Below are positions 7,963-15,904 of a stretch of DNA of 36,263 bases, in pieces. The stretch is from contig CAZCQM010000002.1 in assembly GCA_964500785.1 (NCBI GenBank), forward strand, positions 1-36,263. The letters run 5' to 3'. The position numbers and the translations under genes were made by a program. This DNA is from an uncultured bacterium (GTDB lineage Bacteria; Krumholzibacteriota; Krumholzibacteriia; WVZY01; JAKEHA01). Below the pieces are notes generated by a model, which made no database searches, was not told the DNA's origin, and was given only the letters and a program-made list of their open reading frames with translations. How positions within the stretch are numbered: position 1 is the first letter of the stretch; the number at the start of each line of letters is the position of its first letter.

Positions 7963-8520
7963 TCATGGAACCTCGCGGACCTTGGTCTCGGCGTGGGCTG
8001 CGCTTTCCATCTCGCGCGCGTACCGCCGGAGGAGCTCGCCGAGCACCTCGCGGGGATCGTGCCCCATCTGCTGCAGACCGGCGGCGGCCACCGGGGCGCC
8101 CGACGGATCGATGTTGATGCCCAGGTGGATCAGGGCCGAGCCGGCGGACGGCGCCGCGATCGAGACGGTGAGCTTGCCGCCTTCGTAGTACAGATCGTCG
8201 CCGTCCCGGCGCACCGGGCTGCCGCGCCCGCCCAGCACCTCGGCCAGGATGCACACCAGCAGCCGCTGGCGCAGCACCGCCACCCGCAACGGACAGTCCG
8301 GGTGCTCCACGATCACGTGCGCCATGGACGCGGCCCGGATGAAGGCCCCGGCGCGCGCGTCGTCCAGGTCGACGAGGTTCTCGGTCGGCACGTGGCACCG
8401 CCCGACGAAGCCCGCCGCCGCGTCGCCGTCCAGGCCCGTCCGCCCGGCGACCCAGCCGCTGCGCAGCTCGGCGCCCGTGTAGGGCGTCTCTCCGCCCAGA
8501 ATTCGGAACGCGACCGTCAC
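7963..8520 (-). CDS. uncharacterised protein, DUF366/COG2029-like, embedded in the preQ0 operon
   Basis: This is the C-terminal 185 codons of ORF 7963..8838. GTG 8520 overlaps the queC TGA (GTGA). Blocks: VDLDDARAGAFIRAASMAHVIVEHPD, RQRLLVCIL, RRDGDDLYYEGGKLTVSIAAPS, LIHLGINID and ETKVREV. They match my recollection of the DUF366 family, but no search was run. Confidence 0.6.
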   Translation of the reverse strand: MTVAFRILGGETPYTGAELRSGWVAGRTGLDGDAAAGFVGRCHVPTENLVDLDDARAGAFIRAASMAHVIVEHPDCPLRVAVLRQRLLVCILAEVLGGRGSPVRRDGDDLYYEGGKLTVSIAAPSAGSALIHLGINIDPSGAPVAAAGLQQMGHDPREVLGELLRRYAREMESAAHAETKVREVP

Positions 8521-9191
8521 GCCTGGAACTCGATGACGGGGCGTTCGGCCGGCGGGAGCGAATCCAGCGCCGCGCGCAGGCGCGTGCACGAGGCGCACCG
8601 GCCGCACATGCGCTCCCCGCTCCGGTAGCAGCTCCACACGATCGACAGCGGCGACTTGAGCTCCATGCCGAGACGGATGACCGCCCGCTTGTCGAGGTCG
8701 ATGGTGAAACTCTCGACGCGCACACCGTTGCGCGTCGAGAGTGCCAGGGCCGCGTTCACACGCTCGACGAAGTCGCGGCTGTTGTCGGGAAATTCCTCGG
8801 CTTCCTCTCGGTTGAACCCCGTCACGATGGTCTCGCATCCGTAGCGCTCGGCGTAGGCCGCGGCGGTGTTGATGAATACGCCGTTCCGATTGGGAATCCA
8901 GACCTCGTCGAGCGTGGTGAGGTCGCCCTCCTCCGCCGCGCTGCGACGCATCCCGCGCGGCGAGAGGGACTCGAGCCAGCGCAGGTCCACGTCGGCGAAC
9001 GGGAGCCCGTAGTAGGTGGCCGCGCTCATGGACGACGTGCGCTCGGCGTCCCGCGCGCGCTGCCCGTAGTCGAAGAAGAGCACCAGACGGACGTCGCGCT
9101 CGTCGATCGCGCGCGACAACGACACGACGGAGTCCAGGCCGCCGCTCACGAGCGCGATGGACCGGGTTGCGGGGTGGATCTTCACCGGCAC
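8517..9191 (-). CDS. queC: 7-cyano-7-deazaguanine (preQ0) synthase
   Basis: ORF 8517..9212. PP-loop ALVSGGLDS, IPNRNGVF, and a C-terminal zinc cluster CYRSGERMCGRCASC. GTG 9191 lies 11 nt after GGAGGA and 1 nt after the queD stop. ATG 9212 is the alternative start. Confidence 0.9.
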   Translation of the reverse strand: MPVKIHPATRSIALVSGGLDSVVSLSRAIDERDVRLVLFFDYGQRARDAERTSSMSAATYYGLPFADVDLRWLESLSPRGMRRSAAEEGDLTTLDEVWIPNRNGVFINTAAAYAERYGCETIVTGFNREEAEEFPDNSRDFVERVNAALALSTRNGVRVESFTIDLDKRAVIRLGMELKSPLSIVWSCYRSGERMCGRCASCTRLRAALDSLPPAERPVIEFQA

Positions 9192-9192
9192 G

Positions 9193-9582
9193 TCACCCGC
9201 TTTCCTCCGCATAGGCGGCGCACGCGTCGGGGCCCTCCCATATCTCGACCCGCGCCAGCCGCCCCGGCGTACCCGCGCCGGCGCGTTCGCGCAGGATGCC
9301 GTAGACCTCGCGCGCGAGATTCTCCGCCGTGGGCGGGACGCGTTCGAACGGCGCGATGTCGTTGAGATGCCGGTGGTCGAACCGGTCGTGCACCTCGCGC
9401 CGCAGGAGCGCCTTCAGGTCCCGGAAGTTGGCCCCCATTCCGTTGTCGTCGAGAGCCGCGTACTCCCAGAAAGCGCGCACGGTCCACGTGTGGCCGTGGA
9501 GCCGGTCGCACGGCGGGCAGCCCGGCAGGACGTGGGACGACGCCAGGCGACACTGGACGGACAGGATGAATGTTCCGCTCAC
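9193..9582 (-). CDS. queD: 6-carboxy-5,6,7,8-tetrahydropterin synthase
   Basis: ORF 9193..9684. CDRLHGHTW, FDHRHLND and TAENLA are PTPS/QueD motifs. The conserved fold starts at VSGTFILSV, so GTG 9582 is the likely start. The 34 upstream codons look non-protein-like. Confidence 0.85.
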   Translation of the reverse strand: MSGTFILSVQCRLASSHVLPGCPPCDRLHGHTWTVRAFWEYAALDDNGMGANFRDLKALLRREVHDRFDHRHLNDIAPFERVPPTAENLAREVYGILRERAGAGTPGRLARVEIWEGPDACAAYAEESG

Positions 9583-9697
9583 GATGAGATTCGCAGGTTG
9601 TGCGGGGACTTCGAGACGGACGCGCCCGCACCCCGTTCCGAAACCGGGGTCCGGCGCGGTCCCGCCGGCGACAGGATACCGCAACTGTTTGAAAGGA

Positions 9698-9727
9698 ATG
9701 ATACTTGAAGGCCTCGCGCCCGCGCAA
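9698..9727 (-). promoter_or_regulatory. possible sigma70 promoter of the que operon
   Basis: The minus strand reads TTGCGC (9727-9722), an 18-nt spacer, then TATCAT (9703-9698). It sits in the only AT-rich patch upstream of queD. Confidence 0.25.
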
Positions 9728-9868
9728 CGCCCGTGGCCGGTGCGCGTGCAAATTGCAGGGGCAGCCGTCCGCGCGGCGCGTGCCGCCCGTCACGCGCACG
9801 ACCGGATATCCGTATCCATAGCAAGCGTTTATGCGGAACCGCCCGGAAGGTGGAATCCCCGCCGGGGC

Positions 9869-9884
9869 TGGTATGCGATTCGCT
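9869..9884 (+). promoter_or_regulatory. weak candidate sigma54 (-24/-12) promoter
   Basis: TGGTATGCGATTCGCT. GG and GC are in consensus register, but there is a C instead of a T just before the GC. It lies 42 nt upstream of ATG 9926. Confidence 0.3.
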
Positions 9885-9925
9885 TAGGTCCGCTACACGC
9901 GCGCGGGGCCCGCGCATGGCAGACC

Positions 9926-12349
9926 ATGAACGACAAAGCATTGGCAGCACAGCAAAAGGCGCGTCAGGAGCGCAAGCGCGGCCTGCACGCCAAGGCGGTC
10001 AAGCGCCTGGAGCAGGCGATCGCGGCGACGCCCGACGAGCTCGAGCTCTATCTGGACGCCGTGGACGCGGCGCTCGAGGGCGGCGAGGTCATGCAGGCCA
10101 CGCATTTCCTCAAGCTCGCGCAGGATCGCTTCACCAAGGAGAAGGACCGCCTGTCGGCGTTCATCGAGGAGAAGCTCTCCCTCGTCCACGATCCGGCGCT
10201 CGCGCGCTTCGCGATCGAAAACATGGTCAAGCTGCGCGATCTCGAGTCCGCGCTGAAACTGCTGGGGCTCGTCCCCGAGCACACCGCCCGTGACCTGCTC
10301 ACCCGCGTCCGCACCAAGAAACAGACCCTGCGATCGGCGAGCCACGGGGGCTACACGCTTCGCAACGAACTTTTGACCAACGAGCTGATGTCGGCCACCC
10401 TGTCGCTCCGGATCGGCAACCTCAAGGAAGCCGTGACGACGGTGGTGCAGATCCTCGACGAGAAGCCCGTCGAGCACAAGATGCTCATGCCGTTCCTGTC
10501 CTCCCTCGAGGGGACCCACCTGAAGTCGGGGCGCGTCCGCTTCGCGCGCGCGTGCGCCATGCTCGCCGCCGGCAATGAGCTCGAGGCGATCGGGCGCTTC
10601 CTCGAAGCCGCGAAACTCGAACCCCCGGTCGCCGCGCTGTGCGCCGAGCGCCTGACCGCCCTTCGGGAGACGACCAAGGCGCGCGCCAAGGTGGACCGGG
10701 CGCTGGCCGAGGTGCTGCTGCTCAAAGGCGACCTCCAGGAAGCGGCCGGCTTCCTCCGTGAATATCTCGCCGGCAGCCTGGAGACCAACAACGAGGCCGG
10801 GCGGGAAGTCATGCTCCTGCTCCGCCCCTACATCGATCCCGCCGGCGGGCTCAACGAATGCACGTGGGTCGCCCTGGACGCCGCCATGACGATCGAGCAG
10901 TCGAACGTCGCCCTGGAGCTTCTGCGGCCGCTCCACCAGCGCGGGGAATGCACAGCCGAGCTCTGCGACTGGCTCGATGCGAAGTCCAAAGAGGTGCCCG
11001 TCACCGGCGACATGAAGCTGTTCCACGCCACCCTCTCCCTGGAGCTGAAGCGGCACGAACGGGCCGCCGAGATGCTGGAGAGCGTGTGCGAGACGTCCCC
11101 GGCCGACGCGGCGGCCGCGATCGGGCTGCTGGACCGCCACCGGTCGGAACACCCGTCGCTCGAGGCGCTCTACAAGAAACATTCGGCCCCCGAGCCCCTG
11201 GATGATTCGGCGCCCGGCGAGGGCGACTTCCAGGTGTTCGAGAACCGGGAGTTCAAGTTCCAGGGCTCGGCGCCGGCGCCGAACACACCGCCCAAACCGG
11301 CCGAGTCCAAGCCCGCGCAGCGCTTTGCGGACACGATGAAGAAGAAGCTCCCGAAAAACCGCTTCGTCGACGCGCGGGAGATCTCCTTCGACGGCGACGA
11401 CGCCGCGGACGATGACGCCCCCGTGCTCGAATCCGCGCCCACCCCGGGCGACGGTGACGGTCCCGGCGACGACTTCAGCGTGGACTCGTTCGCGACGAAC
11501 GGGCTGGGCGCGGGTGCGCGGCCGATCCTCACCAAGACACGAAACGCCCAGGAGTTCTCCCCGGCGGATCTCGAGTCCCCGGCGGCGGCGTCTTCCGAAA
11601 CGAGGAAACCGAACGTGGAAATCACGGAATCGCACGTCCAGAACGTCGCTCAGAAGCTCTACGAATCCGGTGCCCGGACCTTTTTCCATGTGGACGGCGA
11701 CGCGGAGAGCGCGCCCGTGACCGCCGAGCCCTCGACCGACGCCGCGACGTCCCCGCCGGCGCCCGAGGCCCCGGCCGAACCGGCGCCTCCACCCGCAGAG
11801 GACTCCACGGAAGCGGCGCCCGACCGCCCCCCGGAGCCGCCCGCGGCCGAGGACACCCCGGAGCCCGTGCTGCCCGAGACGGCCAGCACCAGCTTCGACG
11901 ACGAAATGCAGCGCTTCCGCCGTGGTGGGATGAGCAAGCGGGCGATGGTCGTGCTCCTGGAGCGCGCCGCGCAGGAGCGACGGATCGAACAGCTGGAGGA
12001 GCTGCTGTCGTTCCAGCCCGAGAACGACGCGGAACGATTCACGCGCGAGTACTACCAGGCCGAGTGCCAGCTGCTCCGCGGCCGCGTGCTCCCCGCCCTC
12101 GAGACCTTCCGCGCCCTCGACACACCGTCACTGTCGGTGGACCAGAAGCAGCGCGTATGGCTCAAGATGGCGACTTGCCAGCGCATGGTTAAGGATTTTG
12201 CCGCTGCCGGCGAGACGCTGAAGCGGCTCCAGGCGGAGTTCCCCGACCACGAGGAATTCGCCCGCCTGGCGCGAACCAACCACGAGCAGTACCTGAGCGA
12301 ACAGGGCAACCGGGCGCACGTTCTGGAGAAGACCACCACCCTCGACTGA
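9926..12349 (+). CDS. hypothetical 807-aa helical-repeat (TPR-like) protein with a central acidic/Pro-rich disordered linker
   Basis: ORF 9329..12349, which overlaps queD/queC antisense upstream, so the first credible start is ATG 9926 (MNDKALAAQQKARQ). It appears all-helical with Leu/Ala/Glu-rich repeats. The linker is ...PAPEAPAEPAPPPAEDSTEAAPDRPPEPPAAEDTPEP.... The C-terminal block is TPR-like. I see no enzymatic motif and no signal peptide. Confidence 0.7.
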   Translation: MNDKALAAQQKARQERKRGLHAKAVKRLEQAIAATPDELELYLDAVDAALEGGEVMQATHFLKLAQDRFTKEKDRLSAFIEEKLSLVHDPALARFAIENMVKLRDLESALKLLGLVPEHTARDLLTRVRTKKQTLRSASHGGYTLRNELLTNELMSATLSLRIGNLKEAVTTVVQILDEKPVEHKMLMPFLSSLEGTHLKSGRVRFARACAMLAAGNELEAIGRFLEAAKLEPPVAALCAERLTALRETTKARAKVDRALAEVLLLKGDLQEAAGFLREYLAGSLETNNEAGREVMLLLRPYIDPAGGLNECTWVALDAAMTIEQSNVALELLRPLHQRGECTAELCDWLDAKSKEVPVTGDMKLFHATLSLELKRHERAAEMLESVCETSPADAAAAIGLLDRHRSEHPSLEALYKKHSAPEPLDDSAPGEGDFQVFENREFKFQGSAPAPNTPPKPAESKPAQRFADTMKKKLPKNRFVDAREISFDGDDAADDDAPVLESAPTPGDGDGPGDDFSVDSFATNGLGAGARPILTKTRNAQEFSPADLESPAAASSETRKPNVEITESHVQNVAQKLYESGARTFFHVDGDAESAPVTAEPSTDAATSPPAPEAPAEPAPPPAEDSTEAAPDRPPEPPAAEDTPEPVLPETASTSFDDEMQRFRRGGMSKRAMVVLLERAAQERRIEQLEELLSFQPENDAERFTREYYQAECQLLRGRVLPALETFRALDTPSLSVDQKQRVWLKMATCQRMVKDFAAAGETLKRLQAEFPDHEEFARLARTNHEQYLSEQGNRAHVLEKTTTLD

Positions 12350-12357
12350 CGCCCGCC

Positions 12358-12373
12358 CGGCACGGACTATGCT
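12358..12373 (+). promoter_or_regulatory. candidate sigma54 (-24/-12) promoter
   Basis: CGGCACGGACTATGCT compared with the consensus TGGCACGG-N3-TTGCT. The GGCACG core and TGCT are in register. It lies 92 nt upstream of ATG 12465, in the 115-nt gap after the previous stop. Confidence 0.5.
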
Positions 12374-12464
12374 AGCAATCCGGAGGAACAATGCGCCGTC
12401 ATCGCGAACCGCGGCGGCGGTCCAACAGGCATTTCTGGTTCGAGGGGTCTGAAGGAGCACAATC

Positions 12465-13754
12465 ATGAAGATCTGTCCGTTCATGTCTCACATGCTGGGC
12501 GCCGAAGGGAAGGCCCTCGAGATCGACGCGCCGACGCGCAACGCTTCCGGCGACGTCGTCGTCCTGGGCTACGACGATGCCGGCTCGGTCGGCGTCAAGA
12601 CGGAGCGCAAGTCGGGCCGCGGGGCCACGGCCGCCCGGGGCGAGGCCACCGCGTCGCACCTGTACTGCCTGCGTGAGACGTGCCGCTTCTACCGCACGGC
12701 GGACGGCGACTGTACCTTCGACGCGCTTCTCGAGGGCGTGACGCAGCAGGCGAAGGCCGCTTCGAAGTCCGACTCCGGGGACGGCAAGGACGCGTCCAGG
12801 CATCTTTCCAAAGAGCTGGAGAAGTTCTGGAAATTCCAGACGCAGAGCGCCGCCGAGTTGATCTCGAGCTTCGGAGAAGCCGAGAAGCGCCAGACCGGCT
12901 CCATCGAGCGCATGGTCTCGGAGGTGGGCAAGCACGTCTCGACCTTCATCGAAGCCGAGGACGACCGCGACGAGCGCCTGAACATCATCCGCGACGGCGT
13001 CGTGGATATCAAAGACACGATCGACGCGCGCAACGACGGGTTCGAGACGTTGACCACCACGGTTTCCGACCTCGTCATTTCCTTCGAGGACAATCTCAAG
13101 GAAATGAAGACTCAGTACGCCTCGCTGGCGGACCGCATCGCGGACCTCGAGAAGGTGGCTCCGCGCGTGGAAAGCGTCCAGTCGAGCGTCGAGAAGACCA
13201 TCGAGAACCTGAACCGGCTCGAGCGCAACTGGGCGGAGCTCATGGACGCCGTACGCAACTCGAAGAAGAAGGGCGACGACTCGGCGACGCAGGCGCGCCG
13301 CCGCGAGGCCATGAAGTTCAACAACCTCGGAGTCACCAGCTTTCACAATGGCGATCTCGAGCTGGCGCGCGACCAGTTCCTGGAAGCCGTCGCCCGCGAC
13401 GATTCGTTCGCCGAGTGCTACAACAACCTGGGTCTGGTCTACACCGAGCTGGGCGAGACCGACGCGGCGGCCGAGGCCTTCCAGAAGGCCATCCGCCTCA
13501 ACTCGGATCTGCACGCCGCGTACAACAACCTGGGCTACGTGTACTACAAGCAGGGGAACTTCGATCGGGCGGTGGAGATGTACAACGAGGCACTGGGACG
13601 CAGCCCCAACAACAGCTCGGCGTACACGAACCTCGGAAACGCGTACTTCAAGCTGGGCAAGAAGGGCGACGCGAAGAAGGCCTGGGAGAAGGCCATCGAG
13701 CTGGATCCGTCGAATTCAGGTGCGCGCCGCAGCCTGAACAGCCTGGACGACTGA
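12465..13754 (+). CDS. hypothetical protein: N-terminal Cys-containing segment, central coiled coil, C-terminal TPR repeats
   Basis: AAGGAG lies 7 nt upstream of the ATG. The N-terminal segment holds four Cys (MKICPF... YCLRETCRFYRTADGDCTF). The middle is heptad-like. The C-terminus has canonical TPRs (AECYNNLGLVYTELGETDAAAEAFQKAIRLN, AAYNNLGYVYYKQGNFDRAVEMYNEALGRSP, AYTNLGNAYFKLGKKGDAKKAWEKAIELDP). Confidence 0.8.
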   Translation: MKICPFMSHMLGAEGKALEIDAPTRNASGDVVVLGYDDAGSVGVKTERKSGRGATAARGEATASHLYCLRETCRFYRTADGDCTFDALLEGVTQQAKAASKSDSGDGKDASRHLSKELEKFWKFQTQSAAELISSFGEAEKRQTGSIERMVSEVGKHVSTFIEAEDDRDERLNIIRDGVVDIKDTIDARNDGFETLTTTVSDLVISFEDNLKEMKTQYASLADRIADLEKVAPRVESVQSSVEKTIENLNRLERNWAELMDAVRNSKKKGDDSATQARRREAMKFNNLGVTSFHNGDLELARDQFLEAVARDDSFAECYNNLGLVYTELGETDAAAEAFQKAIRLNSDLHAAYNNLGYVYYKQGNFDRAVEMYNEALGRSPNNSSAYTNLGNAYFKLGKKGDAKKAWEKAIELDPSNSGARRSLNSLDD

Positions 13755-13786
13755 CGGCCGATCGACATACGCCGGGGCCCAAACGA

Positions 13787-13836
13787 ACAGATCCCCGTAT
13801 CCGCGTCCGACCCGCGGGTACGGGGATCTGTCTTTT
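13787..13836. terminator. intrinsic terminator shared by the convergent TPR gene and csp gene
   Basis: ACAGATCCCCGTA (13787-13799) pairs with TACGGGGATCTGT (13819-13831), followed by CTTTT on the + strand. The inner loop can itself pair (CCGCG/CGCGG). Confidence 0.7.
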
Positions 13837-13861
13837 CATCAGTGGACCAACAAACTGAGGA

Positions 13862-14104
13862 CTAGGCAGCCTCCGCGGCCGGCGCGGATTCCCCGCGCTT
13901 CTGGCTGCGCAGGACACCTTTGGCCTGGGGACCCTTCGGGCTATCCATCAATTCGTATTCGACGACTTCCCCTTCCGCTAGCGTGCGGTAACCGTCGTCA
14001 CGAATCTCGGAGTAGTGCACGAAAATGTCCTTCCCGTTGTCACCGAGAATGAAGCCATAACCCTTGTTTTCGTTGAACCACTTCACCTTACCAGTAACGC
14101 GCAA
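13862..14104 (-). CDS. cspA: cold-shock domain protein (CspA family) with a short C-terminal tail
   Basis: [16 protein letters not shown] (RNP1) and DIFVHYSEI (RNP2). The start is TTG 14104, 7 nt after AAGGGGG. It carries about 13-15 extra C-terminal residues. Confidence 0.9.
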   Translation of the reverse strand: MRVTGKVKWFNENKGYGFILGDNGKDIFVHYSEIRDDGYRTLAEGEVVEYELMDSPKGPQAKGVLRSQKRGESAPAAEAA

Positions 14105-14128
14105 ACCGGGTACCCCCTTTTAAAAACA

Positions 14129-14167
14129 GGAATCCACCGGACGGCGCATGGCCCCGCGGTGGATTCC
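14129..14167 (-). promoter_or_regulatory. stable hairpin in the csp 5' UTR
   Basis: GGAATCCACCG (14129-14139) is perfectly complementary to CGGTGGATTCC (14157-14167). It lies between the predicted TSS (~14227) and the RBS. Confidence 0.5.
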
Positions 14168-14234
14168 GTACTCCAGATGTTCAGAGCCAGGACAATAGCA
14201 CTTGGATAATCCCTTGGCGTGGATGACGCGAATT

Positions 14235-14264
14235 ATTGTACCACGGCCGCCTCCGCCGCGTCAA
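14235..14264 (-). promoter_or_regulatory. sigma70 promoter of csp (extended -10)
   Basis: The minus strand reads TTGACG (14264-14259), an 18-nt spacer, then TGgTACAAT (-10 hexamer at 14240-14235). This predicts a ~120-nt leader, typical of cold-shock genes. Confidence 0.6.
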
Positions 14265-14464
14265 GACACGACGCCCCTTTTGGGGCGACGGCACGCCCTT
14301 TTCGGGCACGACGAGACACGGCGTCCACGTCCTCGTTGACTCGTCCCCCCGACGCGTCGTTGCAAACCGCGACGTGCCCCGCCGCCGTCCCCGCGCGCCC
14401 CCGGCGGGGCCCCGATTCCGGGCCGCCGCACCGCGTTCGCGCCGGTGCAACGCCGCCCGGATCG

Positions 14465-14479
14465 TGGCATGGAATTTGC
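14465..14479 (+). promoter_or_regulatory. candidate sigma54 (-24/-12) promoter of the FHA-phosphatase-kinase operon
   Basis: TGGCATGGAATTTGC equals TGGCA(T)-N5-TTGC in exact consensus register. It is 57 nt upstream of GTG 14536. A dyad GCACCG-N9-CGGTGC sits at 14428-14448. Confidence 0.6.
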
Positions 14480-14535
14480 CCTTTCTCGTTCGCCGACAAG
14501 GTGTTCCCAGCCTGCTTGGCCGAGGAAGGTCGCAC

Positions 14536-15891
14536 GTGAAGATCACGATTCCACATACCAGACAGATCGGTGAGAGCGGTGAGGTCACCAAAGCCACCCT
14601 GGATGGCATCATCCGGCAGGCCATCGACGCGAGCGCGTCGAAGCCCACCGCCCTCGAGATCTACGACGCCATCACCCAGCGCTTTCTGTTCGTGCGCGAA
14701 CGCCAGATCTATGCGGCGGCCGAGCTGACGGGCGGTCAATTCGGCTCCACCACCATCCGCGATTTTCTGATCGGCGCGACGCAGATGAGCTTCCCGCGTG
14801 CGACCTGGTACGAGCTCAACACGAAGATCATCCACTCCCTGCTGGTCGTGGCCCAGAAGAAGCCCGCCCTGCGGGTCATGACGTCGCTCGTCGATCTCGA
14901 CGAACTCATCGACCGCATCGAGAACGAGGGCAAGAGCTGCATCGTGGGCGCGGCGCGCGAGGACTTCCTGGCCCTGCTGCGCTACGAGAAAGGCAAGGCC
15001 AGCGCGTTCTGCTGCGAGCAGTCGTCGCCGACGCCGCGCGAGGGCAGCTTCCGGGAGGAGTTCCTCATCAAGGTGTACTCGAACTCCGCGGAGCGTCCGC
15101 TGACGATCAGCCTCTATGAAGACTTCCTGGTTTCCTACGCCGCCGACGCCAAGAACCTGCCCGAGTCGTTCAACGGCCGCTTCGGCGACGTGTTCCTGTC
15201 CAAACCGCCCCTGATCATCCTGCGCTTCAAGGAGCGCGAGATCGGCCGCTGGGAGATGGACCGCCCCCAGCTGCGCATCGGCCGGACGCCGGACAACGAC
15301 ATCGTTATCGACAACCTCGCTGTGTCACGGCTTCACGCCGTGATCGAGGAAGAGAAAGGCTGCTATTTCGTCCGCGATTGCGAGAGCCTGAACGGAATCG
15401 CGATCAACGGCGAGCGCGCCTCCCGTCACGAGTTGCAGGACGGGGACGAGGTCTCCATCGGCAAACACACCATCATGTTCCGGGTCCCGGGCGGCTATGC
15501 GGTTCCCGAGCCCGAGGCCATCGCCGGCTTCGACCAGACCGTCATCGTCAGCCGCAGCTCCCTGCGGCCGCCCACCGGGGTCGCCGCCGACGGGGCCACC
15601 CCGAGCAACGCGCCGCGCCTCGTGATCCGCACCGAGCACGGCGACCGTGTCATCGAGATAGACGACGACGGCGTCACCATCGGGCGCGACATCGATTCGG
15701 ACGTACACGTCGACGCCTGGTTCGTGGCTCCGAAGCACGCGCAGATCACCCGTGAGAACGGCCGCTTCGTGCTGCGCCGCGTGGGCGGGCTCAGGCGGAT
15801 CAAGGTGCGGGGAAAGCCGGTCAAGGAAGTCGAGCTCAAGGACAACGACGAGATCGAGATCGCCAGCGAGCATTTCGTCTTTCACGAATAG
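14536..15891 (+). CDS. FHA-domain protein: ~250-aa N-terminal domain of unknown function plus two FHA domains
   Basis: ORF 14236..15891, with the credible start at GTG 14536, 6 nt after GAGGAAGG. FHA 1: LRIGRTPDNDIVIDNLAVSRLHAVIEEEKGCYFVRDCESLNGIAING. FHA 2: VTIGRDIDSDVHVDAWFVAPKHAQITRENGRFVLRR...IKVRGKPV. Confidence 0.85.
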   Translation: MKITIPHTRQIGESGEVTKATLDGIIRQAIDASASKPTALEIYDAITQRFLFVRERQIYAAAELTGGQFGSTTIRDFLIGATQMSFPRATWYELNTKIIHSLLVVAQKKPALRVMTSLVDLDELIDRIENEGKSCIVGAAREDFLALLRYEKGKASAFCCEQSSPTPREGSFREEFLIKVYSNSAERPLTISLYEDFLVSYAADAKNLPESFNGRFGDVFLSKPPLIILRFKEREIGRWEMDRPQLRIGRTPDNDIVIDNLAVSRLHAVIEEEKGCYFVRDCESLNGIAINGERASRHELQDGDEVSIGKHTIMFRVPGGYAVPEPEAIAGFDQTVIVSRSSLRPPTGVAADGATPSNAPRLVIRTEHGDRVIEIDDDGVTIGRDIDSDVHVDAWFVAPKHAQITRENGRFVLRRVGGLRRIKVRGKPVKEVELKDNDEIEIASEHFVFHE

Positions 15892-15904
15892 GGACGGAGC
15901 ACCG

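Noticed and set aside
9583-9684. preQ1-I/II riboswitch upstream of queD, and the alternative long QueD starting at TTG 9684.
   Set aside because: I could not find the short P1 hairpin followed by the A-rich ACUA tail of preQ1-I, nor any other class I can recall. The extra 34 residues are not QueD-like. The structure is reported only as an unclassified leader.
11690-11880. Repetitive-looking GC-rich DNA here and at 17740..18050.
   Set aside because: These regions encode Pro/Ala/Glu/Thr-rich disordered linkers inside the 807-aa protein and the kinase. There are no exact tandem units, no spacer-repeat periodicity and no CRISPR-like structure.
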